Positions 48,956 to 60,092 of a DNA stretch of 64,000 nucleotides are shown piece after piece. Location: assembly GCA_963675295.2 (NCBI GenBank), contig CAXXKJ010000002.1:1568001-1632000 (forward strand). Reading direction: 5' to 3'. The stretch's first letter is position 1; every line of letters begins with the position of its first letter. The notes under the pieces are model-generated. The model was not told where the DNA came from. It searched no databases and was given only the letters and a program-made list of their open reading frames with translations. Source of the DNA: a bacterium. GTDB lineage: Bacteria; Electryoneota; Electryoneia; Electryoneales; Electryoneaceae. Position numbers and translations under genes: made by a program.

Positions 48956-50374
48956 TTAACTGGCCGCACTCACCGTCAGATCCGGCGGGAAGAGCTTGTA
49001 CGGGTTGAACAGTCCGTCCGGGTCGAACGCCTGCTTGAGGCGGAGGAACAGTTCGAGCTCGGCGGCGTCATATTGGATGCGCATGTAGCGGTTTTTCGCG
49101 GCGCCGATGCCGTGCTCGCCGGAGATGGTGCCGCCCAGTTCGACAACGGCCTTGAAGCATTCGACGATGGCGTCATGCGCGATGCGTTCCTGCTTCATGT
49201 CATCCTTGTCGTACATCGAATTGAGGTGCAGGTTGCCGTCGCCGGCGTGACCGTACACCGGGATCACGATGCCGGTACGTTCGCTGATCTCACGCACACG
49301 TCGTAACAGTTCACCCTGACTGCCGAGGGGGACGACGACGTCCTCGTTCATCTTCCCGCTGGCGATTCGGCTCAGGCTCGGGCTGATCAGGCGGCGCAGT
49401 TGCCACAGGCGCTCGCGTTCGGCAGCGTTGGCGGCGGTGTGCATCTCCAGCGCGCCGTACTGATCGAGGATCTCGAGCACGCGTTCCATCTCGGCGTCGG
49501 CGTTGTCGGTCGGGCCGTCGGTTTCGACGATCAGCGACGCCATCGTGCCCTCTGGGAACGGGTACGGATCGTGCTGGCGGATGGCGTCGATCACGGCGTC
49601 ATCCATGAACTCAACGACGGACGGCAGCAGCTCGGGCAGGATCGATTGAATCGCGGCGATCGCCTGTTGCGGATCGGGGTAGTGGGCGATGACAGTGCGA
49701 GTCGCCTTGGGTTCGGGGACAACCGCCAGCCGTGCCTCAACGATGATCCCAAACAGTCCTTCCGATCCGACGAGCAGCGGTGTCAGGTCGAGAGGGTTGC
49801 TTTCCTCGCCGGCCAGCGCGCCGGTGCTGATCAGTTCGCCGAACGCGTTGACGTAGCGCAGGCCGAGCACGTACTCCTTGGTCGTGCCGTACTTGACGCA
49901 ACGCAGCCCACCGGCGTTTTCCGCGATGTTTCCGCCGATGCTGCTGATCTTGAAGCTGGAAGGATCGGGCGGATAGAGGAAGCGGTGCCGCGCGACAGCG
50001 TCCTTGACCTCCGCCGTGGTCAGGCCCATCTCGCACTGGATCCACCGGCCGGTGGTGTTGACCTCACGGACGAGCTTCATCTTTTCGGTGCAGATGACCA
50101 TTCCGCCGCCAATCGGCACCGATCCCGCGCTCATGCCGGTCCCCGCGCCACGGGGGACGATCTTCATCCCGGACGCTCGTGCGAAGCGTACGGCTTCCTG
50201 CACATCCTCCGGCGTTTCCGCCATGATCACCACGTTCGGATCGTGGTTGCCGGGCGGAGCGGTATAGGACGCGTCCACGGCGTACGTGACCAGATCGTCC
50301 TGCTGGTCGAGGACTTTGTGTTGGCCGATACGCTTCTTGAGTTTGCGGTATGGGTCGCGTGATCCAAAAAACAT
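48956..50374 (-). CDS. FAD-linked oxidase, GlcD/D-lactate dehydrogenase family
   Basis: PRGAGTG, PPDPSS, GGNIAENAGG, GSEG, GHAGDGNLH, SGEHGIG, FDP.G.FNP. Confidence 0.93.
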   Translation of the reverse strand: MFFGSRDPYRKLKKRIGQHKVLDQQDDLVTYAVDASYTAPPGNHDPNVVIMAETPEDVQEAVRFARASGMKIVPRGAGTGMSAGSVPIGGGMVICTEKMKLVREVNTTGRWIQCEMGLTTAEVKDAVARHRFLYPPDPSSFKISSIGGNIAENAGGLRCVKYGTTKEYVLGLRYVNAFGELISTGALAGEESNPLDLTPLLVGSEGLFGIIVEARLAVVPEPKATRTVIAHYPDPQQAIAAIQSILPELLPSVVEFMDDAVIDAIRQHDPYPFPEGTMASLIVETDGPTDNADAEMERVLEILDQYGALEMHTAANAAERERLWQLRRLISPSLSRIASGKMNEDVVVPLGSQGELLRRVREISERTGIVIPVYGHAGDGNLHLNSMYDKDDMKQERIAHDAIVECFKAVVELGGTISGEHGIGAAKNRYMRIQYDAAELELFLRLKQAFDPDGLFNPYKLFPPDLTVSAAS

Positions 50375-50919
50375 GAGCCGTCGCGTTGTTACATGGTCGA
50401 TGCACGAATATACAGGCTGACGTGATCAAATGTGACCCGTGATCCTGTGGGCTTCCTCGACTCAGCAGCCTGGGCTGGGGTAGGATTGTCACCGCATCGA
50501 CAGAATAGTACAAGTTGTATAGAATCAATCAAATTTTAATATTTTTATATCCGGGAACGGCATTACTAAAGAACGTTGACGCTCAATAGTAGTGAATTTC
50601 GTAAATACTGCTAGCGCTACTCAGTTTCTGCATCTATATTGTAGGTGATTTCGTAGCGCCTTGGCAATGTATGTTGTGTATATGTCGGTCTCAGCTGCTG
50701 TGCAGTTCCTCGAGTGGACGCCATTGTGCCACTGATTCGGGTCCATCCTTCAACCGACCACGGTCACATCTAAGATGTAGCTACGCGTTTAGCAGCAGGT
50801 TTTACAAGTATTGGATACATGTCTGATTCGGACAAAAGTCACCAGACTGGAGATCAACGGAGCAATAAGAATGAATTGGCTGTCAAGGTTGGTATTGCCT
50901 GCCATGAGAGGTGTGTGAG

Positions 50920-53900
50920 ATGAGTGCAAATGGAGTGTCGAACGAAGAGAAAAAAAGCAGCTACCTGATCCTTTTTGTTGCGATCAGTATTGTTGTCCTT
51001 GTTGCTGGCTATTTCACCTACGATCATCAGCTCAATCAACTGTACGATGAGCGCTATGGCGACCTCAAGGTCATCGGCGAACTGAAAGTCGATCAGATCA
51101 AGAAATGGAGATCTGAACGTCTGGGCGACGCTCGCTTGACTGCTGAAAGCCCGTTGTTCCGCGAGGCCGTTATCGAATGGATACAGAATCCAGAGGACTT
51201 TGATAAACGCAGCGAGTTGCGGCAACGGTTGACGTTGGTGAAGGATTCCTACCAATACGATGATGCCTTGATTCTGACCCCGGATGGACGTGTTTTGTTG
51301 TCGGCGTTGCAGGATCCAGATCCTGTTGACGATGAGACAAACAAAAGCATTGCCTTGGCCATTGAAACTGGCAGCCCTGTTATCTCCCAACTCTACATCT
51401 GTCCGCACAACGCTGTTCACGCTGATGTCCTTGCTCCAATCGTGAATGATGATAACCAGACGGTCGCCGTCATCTCACTCCATAGCAACGCCGAAGAATT
51501 TCTCTACCCCTTGATTCAGAACTGGCCAACCTCCAGCAAGACTGCGGAGACCCTGTTGATCCGGCGTGATGGTGACGAAGTCCTGTTCCTCAATGGATTG
51601 CGTCATCAACCCGAGGCGGGGTTGATGCTGCGGATTCCGATAACGCAGACGAGTCTTCCTGCTGTTGCCGCTGTAGAGGGTCACGAGGGGATGTTTATTG
51701 GCGAAGACTATCGAGACGAGGAAGTAGTAGCGGATTTGCGGGCAATTCCTGGATCTGACTGGTTCATTGTCTCGAAATGGGATACAGCGGAAATCCGCGC
51801 GGAGGTGGCTGACCGCGTGCTGCTGCAAGTTCTTGTCATGATTTTGCTGATTTCGATTTCAGGAGCAGGGTTCCTCGTGATCTACCGTCAGCAACAAGCG
51901 TCTGTCTACCAGCAACTCCTGCTTGCTGAACGCTCAAATGCAGAAGCGTTGAGCAAGTTTGAAGCGACCTTGACCAGCATCGGTGATGGTGTAATTGTAA
52001 CAGATGCCCATGGAGCGGTGACCTTCCTCAATCCCGTGGCGGAACAACTGACTGGCTTCGAGTTGTCCGAGGCTACCGGGCGCAGCATAGGAGAGGTGCT
52101 TCAAATAATCAACGAGTTTACTCGTGATCCTGTTGAGAGCCCGGCTGAGATTGTTATCAGAGAAGGCAGGGTTGTTGGTTTAGCCAACCACTCGCTGCTG
52201 GTCTCGAAAGACGGCAGAGAACTCCCAATCGCGGATAGCGGAGCACCGATACTTGATTCAAAAGGTGACGTTGTCGGTGTTGTGATGGTATTCCGCGACC
52301 AATCTGAATCTCGTGCAGCAGAGCAGGCCTTGAAGGAGAGTGAACGACAGTTACGCACTCTGTTCGAAACCGCTCCGGTCGGCATCTTTGAAACGGATTC
52401 AGAAGGTCGAGTCCGGAGCGTTAACCGCGAAATGGCCTCGATCCTGGGGTTTACATCCATCGAGGACGTTTACGATTACTACAGCGACCTTGGTAAACAG
52501 CTTTACGTCTCCGAGGAGCGACGTACCCAGTTTATAGACATTCTGAAACAATATGGAAGTGTAGTCGATTTCGAGTATGAGGCAGTCAAGCATGATGGTA
52601 CTCGAACCTGGCTCAGCATGAACGCCCGCATCTCGAAAAAGAATGAGGATGGCACGTTCCTGATCCAGGGGTTTACGACCGACATCACTTCCCGGATCAA
52701 GATGCGCGACGCCCTGTTTGAATCGGAAGCGCTGCTGCGCAACGTGCTGAACACCATCCCCGACCTGGTCTGGTTGAAGGATGTGGACGGGGTCTATCTC
52801 GCCTGCAACCCCACCTTTGAACGTTTCTTCGGTGCGACGGAATCGGAGATCCGGGGGAAAACGGACTACGACTTCGTCGAGAAGGAACTTGCTGATTTCT
52901 TCCGGGAAAACGACAATAACGCCATCGCGGCTGGTGAGCCGACCTTGAACGAAGAGACGCTGACCTTCACGGACACGGGCGAGTCCTATCTCTTTGAGAC
53001 CGTGAAAACACCGATGACAAACCGCAATGGTGATGTGCTTGGTGTGCTCGGGATCGCGCGAAATGTCAGCGAACGGCAAGAGGCGATTGAGGCGTTGCGA
53101 GCGAGCGAAAATCGTCTCCACCGGGCGTTTGAGAACATCCCGGACGTGCTGGTGATTTACGGGCCGGACCTCCGGATCCGATATATCAACGAATCGATTG
53201 TGCGCTTGACCGGCAGAGCGCAGGAAGAGTTCATCGGAAAACGTGAAGAAGAAGTCTGGCCGCCGGGGGTGTATCAGCACTACCTCCCGACCATGGAAAA
53301 GGCTGTTGAAACCTGCGCACAGCAGACTGTTGAATCAACTGTGGACATTCCGGGGAGGGGAACTAGCCAGTTTTCCTCGACCTATATACCGATACTGAAT
53401 GATACTGGCGAAATTCAAGAAGTGCTTGGCATCACCCAGGACCTGACTGAATCGCGCAGGGCTGAGCAGGCATTGCGTGAAAGCGAAGAGTTGTACCGCA
53501 ACTTGATGGAAGCTGCACCCATTGGCGTCGCGGTTCATTCGGAAGGCAAGGTTGTGTTCGTCAACAAGGCCGGCCTGAAGATCATGCGGGCGGAGTCTGA
53601 AGACGAAATCATAGGCAAGTCGATCACCGAGATCGTGTATCCGACCCATCTCGATGAAGCACTCGACCGAGTAAGGCGGATGATGGAAGGGGAAGAGGGA
53701 TTGTATCCGGTACAGGATATGTACCGGCGGATGGATGGATCTCCGGTCCCGGTCGAGGTGATGGCGTCACGTCTGAACTACAAGGGCAAGCCGGCGATTC
53801 AGGTGCTTGCCTCGGACATCACCGACCGCAAGGCGGCTGAGGCGGAACGTGAACTGCTGGTAACTGCGATTAATCAGTCGGCCGAATCCATCGTCATCAC

Positions 53901-55350
53901 GGACGTGAAGGCGAAAATCCAGTATGTCAACCCGACGTTCGAGCAACACACGGGGTATGCGCGTGCCGAGGTGATGGGCAAGAATCCCAGAATCCTGAAG
54001 AGTGGGAAGCAGGATCTGGCATTTTATCAGGAGATGTGGGCAACGATCCGTAGCGGGAAGACGTGGACCGGGCAGATGGTCAACAAGCGGAAGAACGGTG
54101 AGTTGTACACCGAAGAAGCGACCATATCGCCGGTGTTTGACCATGATGGAAACATCACCAACTTTGTCGCAGCAAAGCGGGACATTACCAAGGAACTCAC
54201 CCTGCAACAGCAATTCCGGCAAGCGCAGAAGATGGAATCGGTCGGTCGGCTGGCCGGTGGTGTGGCTCACGACTTCAATAACATGTTGTCGGTGATCCTC
54301 GGAACGGTTGAACTGGCTCAGCTAGACCTGGATCCAGAGCATTCCGTGTACAACGATCTCGTGGAGATTGAAGAGGCGGCGCGTCGTTCCTCCGACCTGA
54401 CGCGCCAGTTGTTGGCATTCGCTCGGAAGCAGACCGTCGACCCGAAGGTTCTGGACCTGAACAAGTCGGTGGAAGCGATGCTGAAGATGTTGCAGCGTTT
54501 GATGGGTGAGGACATCAGCCTTGCCTGGAAGCCAGCAGATAAGCTGAGCCCGGTGTTTCTGGATCCTGCACAGCTGGACCAGATTCTGGCGAACATGTGC
54601 GTCAACGCGCGTGATGCGATCACCGGTGTCGGGACTGTTGAAATCCAGACCGAAGATGTGATTCTTGACGAGGAGTATTGCGCACAAAAAGCCGGTTTCA
54701 AGCCTGGTAATTATGTGCTGCTGGCGGTGAGTGATAACGGGTCCGGTATGGAGAAGGAAGTCGCCGACCACATTTTCGAGCCGTTCTTCACCACCAAGGC
54801 GAAGGGGAAGGGCACCGGGCTTGGCCTCTCGACCGTGTACGGTATCATCAAGCAGAACAATGGCATGATCGACGTCTACAGCGAGCTGGATGTCGGGACT
54901 ACATTCAAGATGTACTTCCCGGCCTTCCAGGGTGAAACGGAATCGGTCAATGAAGAACAGCTGGAATCCGCTCCGCACGGCAACGGAGAGACAGTGATGG
55001 TGGTCGAGGACGAAAAGTCTCTGTTGGCCATCACCGAACGGATGCTGACTGGCTTGGATTATGTCGTGATCACCGAATCTTCCTCGACACGCGCGCTTGA
55101 AACGCTCCGCTCCTCGGGTGAGATGCTCGATCTGCTGGTGACCGATGTTGTGATGCCGGAAATGAACGGGCGCGAGCTGGAAGAACAGATCCGCAAAGAG
55201 TTTCCGCAAGCAAAAACCCTGTTCATGTCAGGGTATACTGCGGATGTGATTGCGAAGCAGGGCGTGTTGCAGAAAGGGGTGAACTTTATCACGAAACCGT
55301 TCACGTTGCACAATCTCGCCAGGGCGGTTCGCAAGGCGTTGGAGTCATAA
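50920..55350 (+). CDS. Hybrid multi-PAS sensor histidine kinase with receiver domain
   Basis: Two TMs around a periplasmic domain, about 6 PAS domains, AHDFNN H-box, FFTTK, GTGLGL, C-terminal REC. Confidence 0.95.
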   Translation: MSANGVSNEEKKSSYLILFVAISIVVLVAGYFTYDHQLNQLYDERYGDLKVIGELKVDQIKKWRSERLGDARLTAESPLFREAVIEWIQNPEDFDKRSELRQRLTLVKDSYQYDDALILTPDGRVLLSALQDPDPVDDETNKSIALAIETGSPVISQLYICPHNAVHADVLAPIVNDDNQTVAVISLHSNAEEFLYPLIQNWPTSSKTAETLLIRRDGDEVLFLNGLRHQPEAGLMLRIPITQTSLPAVAAVEGHEGMFIGEDYRDEEVVADLRAIPGSDWFIVSKWDTAEIRAEVADRVLLQVLVMILLISISGAGFLVIYRQQQASVYQQLLLAERSNAEALSKFEATLTSIGDGVIVTDAHGAVTFLNPVAEQLTGFELSEATGRSIGEVLQIINEFTRDPVESPAEIVIREGRVVGLANHSLLVSKDGRELPIADSGAPILDSKGDVVGVVMVFRDQSESRAAEQALKESERQLRTLFETAPVGIFETDSEGRVRSVNREMASILGFTSIEDVYDYYSDLGKQLYVSEERRTQFIDILKQYGSVVDFEYEAVKHDGTRTWLSMNARISKKNEDGTFLIQGFTTDITSRIKMRDALFESEALLRNVLNTIPDLVWLKDVDGVYLACNPTFERFFGATESEIRGKTDYDFVEKELADFFRENDNNAIAAGEPTLNEETLTFTDTGESYLFETVKTPMTNRNGDVLGVLGIARNVSERQEAIEALRASENRLHRAFENIPDVLVIYGPDLRIRYINESIVRLTGRAQEEFIGKREEEVWPPGVYQHYLPTMEKAVETCAQQTVESTVDIPGRGTSQFSSTYIPILNDTGEIQEVLGITQDLTESRRAEQALRESEELYRNLMEAAPIGVAVHSEGKVVFVNKAGLKIMRAESEDEIIGKSITEIVYPTHLDEALDRVRRMMEGEEGLYPVQDMYRRMDGSPVPVEVMASRLNYKGKPAIQVLASDITDRKAAEAERELLVTAINQSAESIVITDVKAKIQYVNPTFEQHTGYARAEVMGKNPRILKSGKQDLAFYQEMWATIRSGKTWTGQMVNKRKNGELYTEEATISPVFDHDGNITNFVAAKRDITKELTLQQQFRQAQKMESVGRLAGGVAHDFNNMLSVILGTVELAQLDLDPEHSVYNDLVEIEEAARRSSDLTRQLLAFARKQTVDPKVLDLNKSVEAMLKMLQRLMGEDISLAWKPADKLSPVFLDPAQLDQILANMCVNARDAITGVGTVEIQTEDVILDEEYCAQKAGFKPGNYVLLAVSDNGSGMEKEVADHIFEPFFTTKAKGKGTGLGLSTVYGIIKQNNGMIDVYSELDVGTTFKMYFPAFQGETESVNEEQLESAPHGNGETVMVVEDEKSLLAITERMLTGLDYVVITESSSTRALETLRSSGEMLDLLVTDVVMPEMNGRELEEQIRKEFPQAKTLFMSGYTADVIAKQGVLQKGVNFITKPFTLHNLARAVRKALES

Positions 55351-55583
55351 GACCGCTCCGCAGATAAAGGTTCTGGTCAAATCCCTGCAACCCACTGTGG
55401 TTGCGGGGATTATGCATGTTATCAGCCACCCTTTAACTATTGAAGTTCAGGTTGTCTGGAGGCCGATATCCCTGTGATTGAGTCCGGGGACTCGCATTCG
55501 CCCCTGAAACCGTTTAGGTTAAAAGTGGGGCGGTTGTACACAGGTGCACAAATTCAGCGCACGGATGAACGTTGGAGGCGTTT

Positions 55584-58151
55584 ATGTCTGCACGGTTCAT
55601 GTGGCTGTTGTGCGCTTGTTTGTTTCTTGCCCATCTGCCTGCCGCAAATGCCCAACCTGTTCCCGTGGAAGATGATTTCGATGCGACGGTGCGTTCATTC
55701 GACGCGTACTGGTCGTCGCACGAGATGCACAAGGGGAACGGGTACAAGCCATTCAAACGCATCCAGTCGTTCACCGAGATTCGTGAGGACCAGTACGGCG
55801 AGTACAACCCCTGGGCGATCCGGGAGGCGTGGCTGGAACGTGCCGCGATGAACACCCCGCACGAGCTGGACAACGACTCCGACTGGACCCCGATGGGACC
55901 GTTCCAGCCGTTCATGGGCAGCTATGTCGGTGGGGTCGGACGTGTCAACGCAATCGCCTTCCATCCCACCAATCCGGATGTTTACTACGTCGGCGCGGCC
56001 ACCGGCGGGCTGTGGAAAACGGTTGACGGCGGCGACAGCTGGTTCCCGTTGACCGACAACATCCCGGTGATGGGAATCTCGGATGTTGTCGTGCATCCAG
56101 AGCATCCGGACACATTGTTTATCGCGACCGGTGACCGTGACGGTGCCCGGCGCAGGATTCCCACCTACACCGTTGGCGTGCTGATGTCGCCGGACGGCGG
56201 CGAAACATGGATCGAGACCGGCCTGAACTACGAACTGTCCGAGCAGAATGTCGTTACCGGGCTCGCGTCGCACCCGGACTATCCGGAGATGCTGCTGGCG
56301 ATCACGCTGGAGGGGATCTGGCGATCTGTGGACGCTGGCGACACCTGGACGCAGACCAAAGATTCCGGTCTGTTTTACGATATCGAAGTCAATCCGGACA
56401 ACCCGTTGGTCGTCTACGCTGCCGCTGCGGAAGAGGGGATTTACCGTTCGACGGACGGCGGGCAAACGTGGCTGTGGATGACCAACGGTGTTCCGTTGAC
56501 CGGGTTCAGCCGGATCGAGCTGGCGATTGCGCCGTCCAACCCGGACGTTGTCTACGCCCTGTTCGCGGACACGATTGCACCCTTCTACACCGGCTTCCTC
56601 GGGATCTGGCGGACGACGGATGGTGGCGATTCGTGGACCCTGCAGGCTGATTCGCCAAACATCCTCGGCTGGGATATCAACGACAACGGGACTGGTGGAC
56701 AGGGCTGGTTCGCGTTGGCGATGGCCGTTGATCCGACCGATGCGGACGTCATCTGGACGGGATCGGTCAACATCTGGCGTTCCACCAACGGCGGTGTTGA
56801 CTGGGAAACGGTGACCTACTGGATCCCGGGCGAGGGCCTGCCGTACATCCACGCTGACATCCACATCCTCAAGTATCGCGGGACGACGTTATACAGCGGC
56901 AACGACGGCGGAATTTACGAGTATAACGCCGGCCAGAACGAGTGGTTCGACCAGAGCAACATGCTGGCGATCACGCAGGTCTACCGGCTCGGCTGCGATC
57001 ACCGTGCTGCGGAATTGGACCTGATGATCACCGGCACGCAGGATAACGGTTCGAAGCAGTATGACGCGGGAACGTGGACACCGGTGCTCGGTGGAGACGG
57101 TTTCGACGGCGGAATCGATCCGGCGAACAACCAGATTCGGTACGGATCGATTTACTACGGCGATTTCCGCCGCACGACGGACGGCGGCGAGAGCTGGTTC
57201 GAGATGAACTTCGGAATCCAGGACCAGGGCGCGTGGATTACGCCGTTCGTGATTGACTCCACCGTCACCGGGCGGTTGTTCCGTGGCCACAAACGTGTCT
57301 ACCGCAGCTACAACTGGGGCGAGTTGTGGCACGGCACGGCGAACATGATGACCAACGACTTCATTCGCGGGCTGGCGGTGGCACCGTCCGATACAGGGCG
57401 CGTCTACGCCTGCGACTGGCAGTACAACTTCTGGCGCTCGGAGGACGGCGGTCAGAGCTTCACGACGAGCTTTTTCCCGGGGATGAAACCGACGTATATC
57501 GCGGTCTCGCCGTTGGATCCGGACCGGGTGTATGTCAGCAACGGTCTCTTCCTCGATGGGGAGAAGGTGTATCTCAGTGAGGACGGTGGGGATTCGTGGA
57601 CGAACATCTCGCATGACCTGCCGAACATCCCGTTCAACTGCATCGTGGTGGATACCGACCGCCCGTCACACCTCTACGCCGGGTCGGACCTCGGTGTGTA
57701 CTTCAGCCCGGATGATGGCGCGACGTGGGAACTGTTCAACAACGGTCTTCCGAACGTGATCATCAACGAGATGGAGATCCACCGTAATTCGGGGACATTG
57801 GTCGCGGGGACATTTGGCCGTGGCAGCTGGCGGACACCGGTCGAGGGGGCTGGGTCCGCAGTGGCGGAGGTGACGGTGCAGCCGTCCGGGTGGAACGTGT
57901 CGGCGTTGTACCCGAACCCGTTCAACATGTCCGCCGTGGCGCAGGTGAATGTTCTACGAACGAGCCGGCTGACGGCCGGTCTGTACAACATGCTCGGGCA
58001 ACAGGTCCGTACGCTGCACGATGGGCAGGTGCCGCCGGGCGTGTTCACCGTGCATGTGGTGGCGGACGGTCTGGCCAGCGGAGTGTATGTCCTTCAGACA
58101 ACCATACCGGGGCAGCTGGACAATCAGCAACGAGTGATACTACTGCGATAG
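55584..58151 (+). CDS. VPS10/BNR (Asp-box) repeat protein with T9SS CTD
   Basis: Repeated S/TxDGGxTW, GTQDNG, GTFGRG, YPNPFN...LASGVY. Confidence 0.9.
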   Translation: MSARFMWLLCACLFLAHLPAANAQPVPVEDDFDATVRSFDAYWSSHEMHKGNGYKPFKRIQSFTEIREDQYGEYNPWAIREAWLERAAMNTPHELDNDSDWTPMGPFQPFMGSYVGGVGRVNAIAFHPTNPDVYYVGAATGGLWKTVDGGDSWFPLTDNIPVMGISDVVVHPEHPDTLFIATGDRDGARRRIPTYTVGVLMSPDGGETWIETGLNYELSEQNVVTGLASHPDYPEMLLAITLEGIWRSVDAGDTWTQTKDSGLFYDIEVNPDNPLVVYAAAAEEGIYRSTDGGQTWLWMTNGVPLTGFSRIELAIAPSNPDVVYALFADTIAPFYTGFLGIWRTTDGGDSWTLQADSPNILGWDINDNGTGGQGWFALAMAVDPTDADVIWTGSVNIWRSTNGGVDWETVTYWIPGEGLPYIHADIHILKYRGTTLYSGNDGGIYEYNAGQNEWFDQSNMLAITQVYRLGCDHRAAELDLMITGTQDNGSKQYDAGTWTPVLGGDGFDGGIDPANNQIRYGSIYYGDFRRTTDGGESWFEMNFGIQDQGAWITPFVIDSTVTGRLFRGHKRVYRSYNWGELWHGTANMMTNDFIRGLAVAPSDTGRVYACDWQYNFWRSEDGGQSFTTSFFPGMKPTYIAVSPLDPDRVYVSNGLFLDGEKVYLSEDGGDSWTNISHDLPNIPFNCIVVDTDRPSHLYAGSDLGVYFSPDDGATWELFNNGLPNVIINEMEIHRNSGTLVAGTFGRGSWRTPVEGAGSAVAEVTVQPSGWNVSALYPNPFNMSAVAQVNVLRTSRLTAGLYNMLGQQVRTLHDGQVPPGVFTVHVVADGLASGVYVLQTTIPGQLDNQQRVILLR

Positions 58152-58230
58152 AAGCGCGGTAGGGTGCATGTGGGATGGTTGTTGGGGTGACCCGGTCTGT
58201 GGTGGCAGCAGGCCGGGTTTCAATGTTGTT

Positions 58231-58570
58231 GCGGTCTGTGGACTGCGGGCGACGGGCTACGAGTTGCGGGCGGTAGGTGATCCCGACCAACACGTTGGCC
58301 GGGGCAAACGAACGCAACCCGTCGCGGACTGTGGACGAATCGCGGATTGTGGACGAAAGCCTATCGCAACCTCATCGCATGTGGTTGTTTGTGTGTCATG
58401 CTGAACGGAACGAAGAGAAGTGAAGCATCTCCAGATTCGTAAACGTTAGTGTAAGCCGGAGATCCTTCACTTCGTTCAGGATGACACACTTGTGTCTTCT
58501 ATTCCTGTCAGACTATATCTTTTACTTCTTTACTGTCTTTGCCTGTTTTTATCTGTCTTTTACTTCCTTC
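58231..58570. repeat. Composite intergenic repeat region between convergent genes
   Basis: Heptamers, palindrome at 58279-58309, inverted pair 58394-58431/58460-58487, nonamers at 58493-58570. Confidence 0.85.
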
Positions 58571-58573
58571 GAG

Positions 58574-59872
58574 TCACTTCATCAGCATCATCTTCTGCAT
58601 GTCGGACGCGACGCCGGGCACATCCAGCCGCACAAAGTACACGCCGCTGGACAGCGCGGACCCATCGAACGTGAACGTGTGGTGTCCGGCGTACTGATGT
58701 CCCTGCGCGAGGGTCGCGACCTGCTGGCCGAGGGTGTTGAGCACGGTAAGGTTCAGTTCGGCGGCCTCCGGCAGTGTGACGCCAACCGTGGTCACCGGGT
58801 TGAACGGGTTCGGGTAGACAGCTTCGATGCGATACTCGGACGGTACGGTTGCGAGAGTTTCCCCGTCAGTGTCAGCCGTCCAGTTCCAGCCGTTGCTGCT
58901 CCAGTTGTCCACGGTTGCACTGCCGGTGGGCGCGGCTAGCTTCTCGAAGGTGAATTCGTCCGAGTCGATCACGGTGTCCGGCCAGGTGCCGACGCACGCC
59001 CGGAAGGTGTAGGTCCCGGCGAAGATCATCCACGGAACGTTTTGCGCCAGGTTCAACGACACCGAGTGTCCGGCGGGGAAGACGCGGTTGGGGTACATGT
59101 CGACCGGGCCGTAGGTGTTGCCGTTCGGGCCGACCGCTTCGGTCCACGCGTCAAACGTGACCGGGTCGGCGCTGGTGTTTTCGACGACGGCGTTGTACGC
59201 GAATGAACCGCCGCTGGCCGGGATCTGGATCGGGGTGTTGTACGGGCTCAACGTGATGGTCGGAGCCTGCACGCCCTCGAGCACATCCACCCGGAACGCG
59301 CTGGCGGTTTCAGCGCTTGGAACCAGCCAGTCTTCCGCTTCACGGCGCATGGTGTGGAGGCAAGGCAGGCCTGGATCAATGTTCATGCACCAGCCTGTCC
59401 ACGTAGTGTCGGATGCAACCGCCCACAGCCAATAATGGTCGCCGGCGTTCAGCACAGTGTTGCCGTTGCCTTCCAGGTGAATCGGCGGATTCCACTGCGA
59501 CCACGACTCGAAGTCGGTGAGTATCCATTCCTCCAGGACATCATCCTCAACCGGCGGAATCAGGTTTGGATTGCGGGCGATCTTAAATGTGACCGTGTCC
59601 GGATAAGCTGAGATCGGAACATACCAGAACGCTACCCAGATGTCAGACAGTGTTCCGGAAACGTCGCACTGGAACGACATCGCCTGTTCCACGCCGTACT
59701 GCTGGATGACATCTTCGCCGGCGACGGTCCAGCCGAGGCCCCAGTTGTAGTCCCAGCCGTCATGGTCCGGGCCGAAGTTGTTGTAGACCGTGGTCTGGCC
59801 GAACGCAAGCCCGGCGACCAGGATGACAGACAGTGCGGTCAGAATGAGTGTGCGGAGCGTTGCCTTCAACAC
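58574..59872 (-). CDS. Secreted protein with Ig-like module and T9SS CTD
   Basis: GTG start after AGGGGG, signal peptide, VYPNPFN...LSSGVYFVR...QKMMLMK. Confidence 0.85.
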   Translation of the reverse strand: MLKATLRTLILTALSVILVAGLAFGQTTVYNNFGPDHDGWDYNWGLGWTVAGEDVIQQYGVEQAMSFQCDVSGTLSDIWVAFWYVPISAYPDTVTFKIARNPNLIPPVEDDVLEEWILTDFESWSQWNPPIHLEGNGNTVLNAGDHYWLWAVASDTTWTGWCMNIDPGLPCLHTMRREAEDWLVPSAETASAFRVDVLEGVQAPTITLSPYNTPIQIPASGGSFAYNAVVENTSADPVTFDAWTEAVGPNGNTYGPVDMYPNRVFPAGHSVSLNLAQNVPWMIFAGTYTFRACVGTWPDTVIDSDEFTFEKLAAPTGSATVDNWSSNGWNWTADTDGETLATVPSEYRIEAVYPNPFNPVTTVGVTLPEAAELNLTVLNTLGQQVATLAQGHQYAGHHTFTFDGSALSSGVYFVRLDVPGVASDMQKMMLMK

Positions 59873-60092
59873 GATACATCCCCCCTGATGTTTTGTCGCG
59901 TGGTGGTTGGCAGTGTACGGAAGATAGGGACAGGGAATAGGATGTTCCTGCTTGTGCACGGTTTGATGCCAGATTCACACCGTCCTCACGGAGCAGCATG
60001 TCCCAGCGCTGGCTCAGCCTGCGGGTCACGCCCGGCGGCGTGTCCTACCTGATTGAAAACGCGCTGGTATTCCCCGTGCTGGACCGCGTGCA